64,000 nucleotides of DNA from Psammoneis japonica. Lineage: Eukaryota. The translations under genes and the position numbers were made by a program. The stretch is from assembly GCA_008632985.1 (NCBI GenBank), contig QPGO01000184.1, positions 1 to 64,000 of the forward strand, read 5' to 3'. The notes beneath the pieces are model-generated. The model was not told the DNA's origin. It did no database searches and was given only the letters and a program-made list of their open reading frames with translations. This document shows, piece after piece, positions 1-12,002 of this stretch (its first letter is position 1; every line of letters begins with the position of its first letter).

Positions 1-1130
1 CCACAGCATCCAGCAATGAAGAAATTGGATGGGGTGCCCCGCCGACCCGTTGACCCACTGACCCCGGGTCATCGGGTCGGCGGTTCGGCGGGTCGGTGGG
101 TCGGTGGTTCGGTGGGTCAATGGGTCGGCGGGTCGGCGGGTCAGCGAGTCGGTGGGTCGGGGGGTCGTGGGTCGGCGAGTCGGCAGGTCGGCGGGTCGGC
201 GGGTTGGTGGGTCGGCGGGTCAGTGGGTCGGCGGGTCAGTGGGTCGGCAGGTCGGTGGGCCAACGGGTCGGCGGGGCACCCCATCCGGGGTCGGTGGGTC
301 GGCGAGTCGGTGGGTCGGTGGGTCGGCGGGTCGGCGGGTCGGTCGGGGGTCGGGGGGTCAGCGGGTCAGCGTGAAGGGGGGTCCGGCGGGTTGGCGGGTC
401 GGTGGGTCGGGGTCGGCGGGTCGGCGGGTCGGCGGGTCGGCGGGTCGTGGTCGGTGGTCGGTGGGTCGGCGAGCGGTGGGTGGTGGGTCGGCGGGTCGGT
501 GGGTCGGTGGTGGGGTCGGCGGGTCGGTGGGTCGGCGGGTCGGTGGGTCGGTGGGTCGGCGGGTCGGTGGGTCGGCGGGTCGGGGGTCGGTGGGTCGGCG
601 GGTCGNNNNNNNNNNNNNNNNNNNNNNNNNNNNNNNNNNNNNNNNNNNNNNNNNNNNNNNNNNNNNNNNNNNNNNNNNNNNNNNNNNNNNNNNNNNNNNN
701 NNNNNNNNNNNNNNNNNNNNNNNNNNNNNNNNNNNNNNNNNNNNNNNNNNNNNNNNNNNNNNNNNNNNNNNNNNNNNNNNNNNNNNNNNNNNNNNNNNNN
801 NNNNNNNNNNNNNNNNNNNNNNNNNNNNNNNNNNNNNNNNNNNNNNNNNNNNNNNNNNNNNNNNNNNNNNNNNNNNNNNNNNNNNNNNNNNNNNNNNNNN
901 NNNNNNNNNNNNNNNNNNNNNNNNNNNNNNNNNNNNNNNNNNNNNNNNNNNNNNNNNNNNGACCCACCGACCCGCCGACCCGCTGACCCGCTGACCTGCC
1001 GACCAGCTGACCCGCTGACAGTCAGACCCGCTGACCTGCTGACCCGCCGACCCACCAAACCACAACCCCACCCCCAACCCCAGCCCCACAAACCCCAAGC
1101 ACAATTGACCCCAATCAAGTGACAGCCACA
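1..1130. repeat. Composite satellite: GGTCGGYG-type 8-mer arrays (inverted across an assembly gap), conserved CCAGCAATGAAGAAATTGGATGGGG block and degenerate telomere-like hexamers
   Basis: 8-mer array at ~70-605, reverse-complement array at 961-1060, N gap at 606-960. The same conserved block recurs at ~1905-1930 (minus), 37225, 38380, 41120, 41340, 41600 and 41720. Confidence 0.85.
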
Positions 1131-1434
1131 GCACTCAAAATTTTTGCACAAATGACACACAGAGATTGTGCTTCCGTGTCTGCACACGCGGTCTTGATTG
1201 TTGATTTAAAAGAGTCATTTTCGCCAAAAATTGGCGACAGTTTCAACAAAAAACTCTGAATTGACAGGAGGCAGAAAATGCCTGAGACTCTGTCGCAATG
1301 AACACCACAAGGATCGCTGAAGCTTGGCATGTCAGGATCGGCAGCATGAGCTGAGAGCCGGGCTCAATCTCTTCAAGAGGCTTCAAATGCCCACATCAAG
1401 AACTTTGCTTCTCTCTCAGGGATGTTTTGCCACT

Positions 1435-1830
1435 GACGCGTTCCAGACGCAGGCGGGAATCCGTGTGAAATTGGGCCCCTGGAATTCTGCGTGCGAGCTC
1501 CGCAGTGAAATCACACGGCAAGCAGAGCGTCAATGATCGCCAACAGAAAATGAGGCAATTTGGCGAGCGCACAAACTCGCCCATGATTGAAGCACATCAT
1601 TTTTTGCTCAGCCAGCTGCGCTCTTCAGATGTTGAAGAATGCAGCTGGTGCGCCATTGTTTCCACAAATTTGTTGCACAAAACGTCTGGGGCTTTGCAAA
1701 ACAGCGAGTCCAGACAATTTTTTTTAAATGTCACACATTGAGGTGCACGTCCAAAACATGCGACGGATGACAAAAATTGTTTGTGTCACACGTCAGTGCT
1801 GCGAGCTCCCGCCTGTGGCTGGAACGTGTC
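1435..1830. mobile_element. MITE family A, copy 1 (396 bp, ~22-bp TIR, 4-bp TSD)
   Basis: Left end GACGCGTTCCAGACGCAGGCGGGA; right end reverse complement GACACGTTCCAGCCACAGGCGGGA. Flanks CACT/CGCT. Aligns end to end, inverted, with 16123-16518. Confidence 0.8.
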
Positions 1831-1954
1831 CGCTGCACCCAGCAATGAAGATCGGCGGGTCGGCAGGTCTGCAGGTCGGTGGGTCGGCAGGTCGGCAGGG
1901 CGCCCCATCCAATTTCTTCATTGCTGGATGCCGCGGCGATGCATTGCTGTGGCT

Positions 1955-2125
1955 GACGGGCTCCAGTTCTGGGCAGGACCTTTTGTGACATTGGGCCCGC
2001 AGAATTCTGCGTGCGAGCTCCGTGTTGCTAGAATCCAGTCAATGGACATTGTGTCTTCAACATCAAATGAACAACCAAGTTTGTGGCACAATTGTGGCCA
2101 TTGCCGTTTGACATTTTTGGCAATC
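1955..2125. mobile_element. Truncated MITE of a related subfamily (A2)
   Basis: Starts GACGGGCTCCAG...GTGACATTGGGCCCGCAGAATTCTGCGTGCGAGCTCC, matching 37535 onward and the reverse complement of 29920-29980. Confidence 0.65.
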
Positions 2126-2129
2126 CATT

Positions 2130-2825
2130 GGCTGTGCTTGGGGTTTGTGGGGTTGGGGTTGGGGTTGGGGTTTGGTGGGTCGGCGGGTCAATGGGTTGGC
2201 GGGTCGGCAGGTCAGCGGGTCAGTTGGTCGGCAGGTTGGCGGGTCGGNNNNNNNNNNNNNNNNNNNNNNNNNNNNNNNNNNNNNNNNNNNNNNNNNNNNN
2301 NNNNNNNNNNNNNNNNNNNNNNNNNNNNNNNNNNNNNNNNNNNNNNNNNNNNNNNNNNNNNNNNNNNNNNNNNNNNNNNNNNNNNNNNNNNNNNNNNNNN
2401 NNNNNNNNNNNNNNNNNNNNNNNNNNNNNNNNNNNNNNNNNNNNNNNNNNNNNNNNNNNNNNNNNNNNNNNNNNNNNNNNNNNNNNNNNNNNNNNNNNNN
2501 NNNNNNNNNNNNNNNNNNNNNNNNNNNNNNNNNNNNNNNNNNNNNNNNNNNNNNNNNNNNNNNNNNNNNNNNNNNNNNNNNNNNNNNNNNNNNNNNNNNN
2601 NNNNNNNNNNNNNNNNNNNNNNNNNNNNNNNNNNNNNNNNNNNNNNNNNNNNNNNNNNNNNNNNNNNNNNNNNNNNNNCACTGACGGAAACACAATCTCT
2701 GTGTGTCATTTGTGCAAAAATTTTTGATGTGCTGTGACTGTCACTTGATTGGAGTTGATTGTGCTTGGGGCTTGTGGGGTCAGGGTTGGGGCTGGGGTTG
2801 GGGTTTGGCGGGTCAGCGGGTCAGC
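2130..2825. repeat. Composite satellite copies with degenerate TTAGGG-like hexamers, separated by an assembly gap
   Basis: GGGGTT/GGGTCA runs at 2148-2172 and 2777-2806. 2680-2825 is an inverted copy of ~1040-1180. N gap at 2248-2678. Confidence 0.75.
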
Positions 2826-3930
2826 ACCGAGCGCATCATGCGCTGGCGGTTGACATGCGAAGAATGCGGTCCCGAATTACACTGTGTCAAGGGCACCCAT
2901 GACCCAGTCGCTGACGCTCTCAATCACCTTCGGCTGGCACCCAGCTTGCCTTCCGAGGCCAATCCGGATGTAAAAGACACTCCATCGAGTCGTCCTTTGC
3001 ATGAAGCTTTTAATGCAGACGCGCAAGACGATGCATCTCTGCCCATTGGCTTCAAGCACATTCAAAAAGAACAACAAAAGGACAAGCGCCCACTCTCACG
3101 AGCTGAGGACTCGTCCGACCACTCCATTTGCGCGTGTCGTGGGGGAGGGTCATCACGACAGTCAATCTGTCACAAGGAAAAAATCGCAGCACCACAGTCA
3201 TTGCAGGTTCTGCTAACTGAATGGCGCCACGAGACACTGTGTCATCCAGGTGAGACACGTGCGGAAATGTCTGTTGCCCAGCACTTCTGCTGGCCTGGTG
3301 TGAGGTCTACGGTGCATTCTACGTGCGTCAAGTGCGATCGATGTCAGAAGACAAAACGCCGAATGCAGCGTTGTGGGAAGCTGCCAGAAAAGGTCGCCGA
3401 GATGATTCCATGGGAGACTCTGCGCACAGACATGACAGGGCCACATAAAATTCAAAGACACGGAAAGTGTTTTTCAGCACAGGATGTGGAGCCAGACGAA
3501 GATGACCCATGGAGTGGCATCCTCTCCGCAGCAGCCTTCGCCATTAGAGCTGCGGCACACACGACCACCCGTGCAAGTCCCATGCAATTGGTCTTCGGAC
3601 GCGATGCGGTTTCATCCATTGCCCATCATGCCAAGTGGAAGCACATAGAAACCAGAAAGCAGAAGCTCATCCACTTGAACAACAAGCGTGAAAATCAGAA
3701 ACGCAAGGAGTGTCAATGTGCCGCAGGGCAAATGGCACTTGTCAAACAGGAACAATCCTCTAAATGCGGTTCTGACAGCCATGCAGGACCCGCCAGAGTT
3801 GTCCATGTGTGTGACAATGGCACGTTGCGCATCCAGAACGGAGTGCTGACAGACACGCACAATCTATGGCAGATTGCACCCTGTCACCAGCAAGACATCC
3901 TGTCACTTAACGGCCCTGATCATGGGGGAG
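2826..3930 (+). mobile_element. Ty3/Gypsy pol 3' fragment (RNase H end, integrase with internal deletion), hypermutated
   Basis: ERIMRWRLxxEECGPELHCVKG...ADAL (expected EEYGPELxYIKG), zinc finger W(Y>R)HETLCHPG...CVKCDRCQKTK, and ASPMQLVFGRD. The integrase core is missing. A polypurine tract GGGGGAG lies at ~3924-3930. Confidence 0.85.
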
Positions 3931-4329
3931 TGTGCAGCATGCCTCGCTGCTGGACAACACGGCGAGACCGTGCATGAGCCTCTTGTGCGTGGCAACGTGG
4001 CATTGTTGACATGCACCTGGGAAGCATGACCACAGGAGGGCGTGGCTCTGGGTCTCAGGCAATTCCAGAAGGACATTAAGAGAGGATCCGTGTGAAGCAC
4101 ACCAGCCCGTCGTCTGGCCCACGATGGCAGTGTGATTCCACACGATGACATCACTCGTGCACAGTGCGTGATGGCTTGATTCGCACGATCCACAATGCGA
4201 ACGCACGATCGATTTGATGCGATCCAAATGCGAACAAACAGGGATTTGGCAAGATTCCCTGTTCGCACGATCCCACTTTTTCCACTCTAAACCAGCTCAT
4301 AATTTTCACAACAACAAAGTCGCAACACA
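3931..4329 (+). repeat. Probable Gypsy 3' LTR
   Basis: Begins TG immediately after the polypurine tract, with a candidate ...AACACA end at ~4329. No second LTR is present to confirm the boundaries. Confidence 0.45.
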
Positions 4330-4356
4330 TCTTCTTTTTCTGCGAAAATGCAAAAA

Positions 4357-4406
4357 GGGCCAGGGTTGGGGTCAGGGTTGGGTTTGGGGGTCAGGGTTGG
4401 GGTTTG
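4357..4406 (+). repeat. Degenerate interstitial telomeric repeat (TTAGGG-derived)
   Basis: Units CCAGGG TTGGGG TCAGGG TTGGG...TCAGGG TTGGGG. Confidence 0.65.
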
Positions 4407-4984
4407 TCTCTGAATCTTTGGCACATGACATCTTGTCTGTCAGCGCGACAATGTGTTTTGTGTGTTGGCTTCACGACAAGGTGCTGTGCCCAGCAAATGC
4501 CCGTCATCAGAGTGCACGATGTTGCGACATCTGCACACATGACAAAAATGCATTGCCACACCACAAAATCTGCTTGTCTGCACATGATGGTTTTTGTCAT
4601 TTGGCTGATCATTGATCTCCTGCTGTTCTTCATGTTTGAGCACAGGCGCTTTTTGATTTTTTTGATTTTTGTGCTCAGCCTTTTTCACAACAGCTGACGA
4701 TCTTTGACAACAAGCCAAACATTGCAGTTGCACGCAATGAAATTTTCATCATGCAAAGTGCATGCCAATCATTCAATCAACAACTGTGCTCCAGCTGGCC
4801 TGTTCATCCGCATCGTCCTCTTCACTCTGTGTGTCTTGTCCGCTCTCTTGCAAGAATTTCAAATGTGCGCGCCGCTGCCATGTTGGATGTTTCCTCATCA
4901 CCATTCCAAAAAAGCCACACTGCACTTCTTGCATTTGGGCGAACATCATCAAGAGGAGGAGGTCCCTCGAAGTGCAGAATCTTG

Positions 4985-5614
4985 TCACTGCTCCCCTCTT
5001 GACATTGTGTTGTCTGCTTCTTTTTCTCTTTCTTCATTTTTCCCGCCCCACTTTTCTCTTCCTTCTTCATCTTGGCGCCGCCTGTTTTCACCGTCTCCGG
5101 CGTCTTTCCACCCGAATCCTTCTTTTTCATCGACCCAGTTGCCGTTGCCTTCATCATGCGTCACTTTGTTTTGGACCCATGTTTCTGACTTCTCTCTGTG
5201 CTGCCCCCATTTCCGAATGTTTCTTTGTGGTTGTTCGCATGCGTCACTTGAAGGCACCCACATGTTCTTCACGCACCTTGCTGCGCATGTAGAAACCCAT
5301 GTTGTTTTCCAGTGCATGCACCCTTTCTCCTGATGCTGTTCTGCGCAATGTTTTCTTCCATCAATTCTGCACTCCGCACTGCCCTTTCCCGGCGCAATCT
5401 CACTTGGGATTTCTCTGGGAGAAGTTGCACACGCGTCTGGCAGGTTTTTGTGCACAAAACTCCAAATCCTGCCAGGTGTGCATGCAACTTCTCCCACGCA
5501 CCACTCTGGCATGTTTCCACAGAAGCCAGAATTTTGTGGCTGACGCGCGACCAATCTGGTGAATGCAACGGCGGACCCACGACCACAACAATCAGAGCAT
5601 TGGAAGAGGGCCAT
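4985..5614 (-). pseudogene. Transposon accessory ORF (ORF4), unknown function
   Basis: Same frame is open in copy 2 (35865-36533) with a charged C-terminus. No recognisable domain. Confidence 0.4.
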
Positions 5615-6600
5615 GTCAGATGAACTCTGTCCATCCGCTGCTGAGGATTTCTGTTGCCGGATGATGGAGACAGTTGATGGTTTTGTTCACGCTGACGCTG
5701 CTTGTTGTTTGGAGGAACAGAGAGCAAAGGATGCAAAGGCTGCTGTGTCAAGATCGGCAGAAGCAATGGCAGAAGCCCGTTGTGCCGTTGTGGCTGCAAC
5801 GACCGCACTTGACAGTGCTTTGTTAAATCAAGCAACAACCACTTGCGAATTTGAGCACATCCATGAACAGCTCATTGAGTCATTGATCGAGACACACCAT
5901 TCAGACAACGACTGCATTGTTGCAGTGGAAAATTGCAGCGAAGCGGAAATGAGTTTCCAGCGCTTTCTTCACGGCGACAATCTCCGTTGCGGGACATCAA
6001 AAATCAGAATTGAGGCTGCACATGCTGCACATGCTGCACAGCTGTGACTCGACATTGCTTCTGAGAAGCCTCAGGGCAAATTCTGACACAGACGCCAACA
6101 GAGTGGTGGAGAGGGAGCAATCTGCGATTGACAGCATCAACAAATCCATCCACCGCCGTGCCGTGCCACTCCTTCGAAGGCGACATCTGACACAGCCGCT
6201 GTGCGTCCTGAAGGATGCAATCACGTTGCTTCACGTGGCCCTCGACGATTTGAGAAGGAAAAACGTTGCCTTGCAGCGACAGTGGCAAGCTTTGCATGAT
6301 CTGTGGCCAGGCACAGATCAAATGCGGGGAGGGACATGGACCGCGATCCGGGCCATGGACGAAGAAGCCGTGGCAAGAGAAAGGGTCCTGCAGTTGGCAT
6401 TGCAAATCGAGGCACAATTGGTGGCTGTCAACCAGCCTGACCACAGCGCCGACTTTCAGCAGGCAATTGTGGCTGCCAGGGAACATTTCATGGCGCAGGA
6501 TGACTGAGTGGACCATGCAAGTGGACACTGCATGGAATCTGTGAGGAAGCAATTGCTCTGAAACTGCACACACTGTGAGTGAATGACAGATTGACACACG
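5613..6600 (+). pseudogene. Transposon accessory ORF (ORF3) convergent with the transposase, frameshifted
   Basis: MSDELCPS... then LLLRSLRANSD... Copy 2 (34721-35866) retains a GKPSDQExxxLGVSE segment also seen in the ORF at 22812-23675. Confidence 0.5.
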
Positions 6601-6604
6601 TGTC

Positions 6605-9600
6605 CTGTTTTAGAAACAAATCTGACCAACACTTCCTTCTGTCCTGTGTGGCCCAAACAAGCGGGGCCTTTTCTTGTGCTTCTGCTGCTCCTGGACATTC
6701 TTCACAAACCAAAACATTGTCCCCAATTGCTTTGACAGGGACAACACGTGACTCAGGTGAGTGCTGAGTCTTCTCAGGCATTGAAAGCCAGTTGTTTTGT
6801 TTGTGATCAAGCTGCCAGCGACTGACCAAGTCTGCATGCTGACACGGTTGCCTCACAGTTCTCTGGTCAGCTTGACAAGCAGTTGGATGGACAACTGCAA
6901 AAATCGATCCTGTGTCTTCCTGTTCAAAGAAACACAGCAAACGGGAGGGAAACTGTTGATCGCCCTTTCGTGTGCCAAAGGTCACACAGGCAAAGTCATG
7001 CCATGGTCCTTCGCTTTTGCAATCGGGGTGCACATGGTGCGTGTCCCTCCTGCTTGCATTGCAAAACTCTGTCTTGCAAGTCAGGTGTGCATTTTCACTG
7101 TCTTCACCAACACAATCCTCCCACTTTTCCGACTTGAAGTTCAGCGACACAGGACGAACTTGGCAACGAGCATGCTCGCTGCTCCACTCAAACGTCACAG
7201 TGTCAATCCCTTGGTTGCAGGTGAGAGTGAGTGCACTTCCTCCCAGCATGTGATTGTCCGTCCTGACTCTTGATGATTCCTTTTTCCCAGTTGGCAAAAT
7301 CCAACTGTTGGCTGAAATTGTGGCGTTGAGCCTCATTTGGTCCTCCATGCGTGACATGACCTGCTTCAGAAAACTGTTGAGGTTGCGTTGTTGTGCGGCA
7401 GATGACGACAGCTTGAAAAAGTCTTTCAAGAGACATTCCCCCAAGCCTGCATCAAAGTTCATTGCATGTCGGCAATGACAAAGAAACGCTGGGAGATGGA
7501 GTGTTTCATGAAGCTTTTGAAGCTTCCACCCGCATCCTTCTGTTTGCGGGACGAATTGCACTGTCCGGTCAATGAGGAGACGGACTTTCTTGTTTGTTTT
7601 CTGAACAGATGAGCTGGGAGTTGCGCTTGTGATGGGTGGATCGCCTGGCCTGCGCCATGCGTGGAAGACAAGAAGGTCCTCGAGCAATTGAATGAATTGC
7701 CGGACGCTGCAGCTGAGTCTTTTTCCCTTGTGTTTTTTCTTTTTTTGGTTGTCGTCACCATCCTCAGCCTCACTCTCCTCTTTCTCATCCTCATTTTCGT
7801 CCCAGTCACCCTCTTTGGACTCCTCCAACCTTTCATCGTCAGAGTCGTCCATGTGCTCACTGGGTTGGCAGTGACTCTCAAAGTTTGCTTTGGGAATCTT
7901 GCAATTCTCTGGAACAACGGGTTCGTCTGCATCCTCGTCAAGGAAGCATGACTCACATGCGTTTCGTCCCTCGCTGGCCAACAGCAGAAGGCAGAAAACA
8001 AAAGCCATTCCAGCCCAGTGGTGAGAGTTGAGGAAGGTGAGCGACGTTGCTCCTCCTTTGAAGTTGGTTCGCAAAAAGGATGCTTTGCAAGTTGACTGGT
8101 GATTGCTGAAAATCCTTTCCACCATGCTGTCCACCTCACTTGCGACCACAGGTGTCATGCTGTCTACAAATGAATTGATTGCCCTTTTCAAGGTGCCATT
8201 TTCAAAGAGATGCATCATGTCGCTTGCTGTTGCAAGGGCAACACCGCATGGTTGTGCACCAAAGTTTGCCTCAAAAAGACAGTTGGCAGGTGCGTTGTGT
8301 TGCTTGAGGCAATGCAAGATGCCCAGCCAGTGCTTCCTTTCTTGGCCTGATCTGTTGTTGTCGTTGGCCTTGGTTTGCACTTGGCGGAGATCCAGTCCTT
8401 GGATGAACTCGCATTCAATCCATGGGTCGTCCAGTTTGTTGAAGCCAGTTGGGCAAAAACGACAGCAACGTTGACAACAGTTGTGACCTCTGCATCGTCC
8501 AACGAGACAGTCGCTGCTTTTTGCGTCTCCTGTGATGAGAACGATCAGTGGGATCATGCGGAGGTGTTGCATCTCATCCCCTCGTTGCGTGCATGTTTTC
8601 ATGCCTCCTTTTCTCATGACTTCCAAAAGTGGCTCCAAAATGACACGCAAGCAAGTGTGGCAGTCTCTCAACGAGCGTCCCTTCTCCGCCTTGCGACTGT
8701 TTGAGAGATTCTTTGCCACAGATGACGACATCTTTTCCAAATCCAGGAGACAACCAATTGGTTTCCAGACACTCTTGTCTGACCATTTGTTGAAGGCAAC
8801 ATGCACAGAGGTCATGATCGCTGGTTCTCCACAACATGATCCCATCCCTTGTGTCCTGCCAGTCTTGTCAAGGTGGATGACATTGCACCCGAGAAATTGT
8901 TTCTCTGGGTCAGTTGTCCGTTCTTTGCAACTGCGCCTGCACCACTCACCCGCCAAAAGGCACTTGTCATCCGGTCCCTTTGCTTTGCACTTCCCAAAAG
9001 GATTGTCTGGATCGGCCACATTCTCTCTGCTGCACCACAGGTGAGGATCGAGCAAAAACTGTTCCCAGACCTTTGTGAAATCCCATCTTGGCACTGACAC
9101 TCGTTTTGGCAAACCGGTTTTGAAATTTTTGGTTTCTAGAGTGACAGGAACAGACTCGCTGGGTGGAAGAGGGAAATGCTTGGTTAAGGTGTGCATCAAC
9201 TGTTTTCTCCTTGGCAGAACTGCACCAAGCTCAATGTTGCTGTTGCCAGTGTGCCTCTCAATGAAATCAACAATGCAGTCGCACAATTCCAGGGGAGCAC
9301 CACGTGTGTCCATGAGCTTCTTGCACAACTCTGCGCAAGCTCCGTCAAGATTTGTCAAAGAGGGAGCAGAAGCCAAGGCCTCTTCTGCAGGAGCATCACA
9401 CCTGATCCCCAAACGTTGATCCTCATCGTTGATGTCCTCTTCCTCCTCCATTGTCATGTCCAACGCTGCAGCAAAGGATTGACCACCGCCAACATCCAAA
9501 TCGTTCATTGCCAAAAGTTCAACTCCTTGCATGCTGTGGTTTGATGAAATGGAGGACATGTCGTCCATTCCGTGCGGTGCGTCATCCGGGGAGGGGAACA

Positions 9601-9829
9601 AGGGGCTGCTGCTCGGATCACTTGTTGAAGATCTTGGGAATCTGCTGCGAGTTGATCGCCTTGGATGGGATTCATCATCATCAGAGGACGAAGAGGAAGA
9701 GCTGCAGCTTTCTTTGGGTGGCCCCTCTGTTGTGGCAGGAATGTTGCTTTGATCTGGGATTGGATCTTGGGTTTGCAACTCTTGGGCAACTGAGCAACAC
9801 GTCGGTGAGTGTCTCCAATGGCAGGCCAT
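6605..9829 (-). pseudogene. Plavaka/CACTA-like DDE transposase, hypermutated (no Tyr in 1113 codons)
   Basis: Motifs xLDKTG, ITGDAKxxDCLVGR, CxxC, SDMMHLFENG, WKLQKLHE and HPxxKSEGPWxD. Ancestral TAG stop inferred at 6605-6607 (CAG here, TGG in copy 2). Start uncertain. Family assigned from motif recall, not a search. Confidence 0.75.
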
Positions 9830-10262
9830 TCACAAAAAACTTTGGCCACAACCGGGACAGAGAAGAGGGTTTCCGTCCATTGCAAATCAGACAATGTTGA
9901 CAGGGCCTTCCTCAAGACTCACACTCGTCGTCCTTGTGAAGGGAAAAAAAGAACAACACGCAAAAAATGGCGGGAAATTGGCAAACATTGCATTGTCTTC
10001 CAGATTGGGATGATTCTCACAGGTGTGACGTGTCTGCATTTTGATTTTTTGTCTGGCATCCACAGCGAACATTGCACTTTTTATTTGCTGTCAAAATGCA
10101 GGATGTCATCTCCGTTGAAACACAATGACAGCCACATCAAAAAGCAAGTTGGGCTGTTTGTTGTCACACACAAATGTGTTTTCAAATTTCAGTGTTGCTG
10201 ACAATGATTTGTGCAATGCCACAGAGAAAAACAGAGTGCCTGGCTGTCTCAACATGACCCAA

Positions 10263-11705
10263 ATGATGGTTGCACTGTCGAACAGTGCCACTCCTCTCAT
10301 TGTTGCCATGAAAAGATCAAGATGCCGTCTCCAGCCGGCAAAGAAGAGAAAGAAAAATGAGGCCATTGAGCCAATGAGCCCGAGACTTCAGGCAGTGTTG
10401 AAGAGAACAGGTGCACAGGCAGCGCATGGTGCACTGAAATCAGAAGCAGAGAAGGTGGCCAGAAATGATCTCTTTCCACAGGTGAAGTTTCTCAGTCCGT
10501 CAGAATTGGCAAGCAATGGGAGCGCCTCAATGTTTGTGAAGAAACAGATTGCTGGTGGCAACGTGGACACTTCAAATTGGTCAGGAACTTGGGAGGAATG
10601 GGCAAAAAAGAGCGTCTCAATGTTTGTGAAGAAACAGATTGCTGGTGGCAACATGGACACTTCAAATTGGTCAGGAACTTGGGAGAAATGGGCAAAAAAG
10701 GCAGAAAAAAGGCAAATTGACAATCACAGAAACACGGTGTGTTTGGCCATTGGGGCAGAGGCAATGGCCCGCAAGTCAAGTGACCAATGTGTGTGATTCG
10801 AGAGTTGCGTGCATCTCACAAGAAGATGACGGCAATGCTTTGTTTGCACAGGCGTTGTCACTGAGGAAGAGGGAAAGGAAAAAGAAAAGAAACTCAAGGC
10901 AGCAGACAGGAGGAAAAAGAGGAAAAAGTCAAGCCATGACAAGAATGAAGAGAATGACATCCCGTTTGTGCCGACATGGGATCTGTTTGGCCCAGACACC
11001 ATCACCAGCGGCAAACGAAGGAACAAGCAGGCGCGCAAGTGGTTCTGTGATCACATCCTGCCTCAAACCAAGCAAAAGCAGGCATGGAGTGGCGCCATCA
11101 AAGCTGGGAACGCACAGGTCTCACAGTTGTTTGCGGTCGGTGACGAAGCTTTGGCACTGTCAGCCATGGAGAATTGTTGGCAGGTGTGGGCATGCAGGAA
11201 CAAGGAGGAGGCAGTGGAAAAATTGGGTGAGGAAATGGAGCCCGAAGAAACAAGGCCTGCCCCTTGGCACATGAAGCCAAAGAAACAACAAGTGTCTTGG
11301 GGAGACAGCAGAATCAATTGGTCCAACGATTTGTGCAAAGAGGTGATGAAAGACAGAGACTCCAAGGAGGGCAAGGAGTTTGAAAAGTGGTGTGCGGAGA
11401 TCAAGAAAAGCGAGTGCGAGAAGTCCGGAGAAGCAAAAAAGAAGAAAAAGAAAGCACCGACCGGTGATGCGGACAAGGTGAAGGCAATGGACAGCCTGAT
11501 GGTGGAGAGCAGCAGGGACGACAATGCTGACAATGATGAGCAGGAGGAAGGTGCAAAAGGCAAAACGGACGAAGGAGGAGACGAGTCCGATGGAGACGAG
11601 TCCGATGATGATCATCAGCTCAGTTCAAGAGAGTTGCAGCAAGAAAATGTGTGCACAGCCAACATGGCACTCGGCAATTGCACTGCAGATGTGACAAGGG
11701 ATTGA
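10263..11705 (+). pseudogene. Transposon accessory ORF2, divergent from the transposase; two exons (intron 10771-10851)
   Basis: Removing 10771-10851 (GCAAGT...CACAG) joins the two ORF-track frames. Contains a VGDEALALSAMENxW motif and an acidic tail. Homologues at 30278-31640 and 15870-16690. Confidence 0.6.
10521..10700 (+). repeat. 90-bp in-frame tandem duplication in ORF2
   Basis: 10521-10610 is nearly identical to 10611-10700. Single copy in the second element. Confidence 0.9.
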
Positions 11706-12002
11706 CTTGACCGATGAAATGCTTTTCTCATTTAAAATGATGTTTGCAAAAATTGACAAACCAAGGATTGTGTGGAAATGCAATCGCACACTGGCACATG
11801 GCAACAAGGTGGAGGCAGAAGCAACGATGTGGACACAGTGAAAAATGGCATGCACAATTCTCAGCAAGTTGTTGCAACATTGGTGCAGCAAACTTGCAAC
11901 CAGAGGTTGGCCTTTCATTGCACAACAACAATGTTTTGCAATGTTTTGACAAATTGTCATCATGCAAATCTGCACATTTTTGACATTTTGTGCACTCTGA
12001 TG

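Larger units (their letters stand above)
4505..12002 (-). mobile_element. CACTA/EnSpm(Plavaka)-like DNA transposon, family 1 copy 1 (7.5 kb, four ORFs)
   Basis: TIR CATCAGAGTGCAC at 4505-4517 and GTGCACTCTGATG at 11990-12002. Flanks GT/AT; removing the element plus 2 bp restores the frame of the interrupted LINE ORF. A full-length inverted copy is at 29982-36936. Confidence 0.85.

Noticed and set aside
70..605. 8-mer array variants (CG/TG/CA) as evidence for TA mutation
   Set aside because: CG is the majority state, so ordinary CpG decay explains it equally well.
6488..9829. Intact 1113-aa active transposase, or an alternative genetic code recoding Tyr
   Set aside because: Copies disagree (C/H/R/Y) at the same codons, non-coding DNA is equally affected, and nearby host genes use the standard code.
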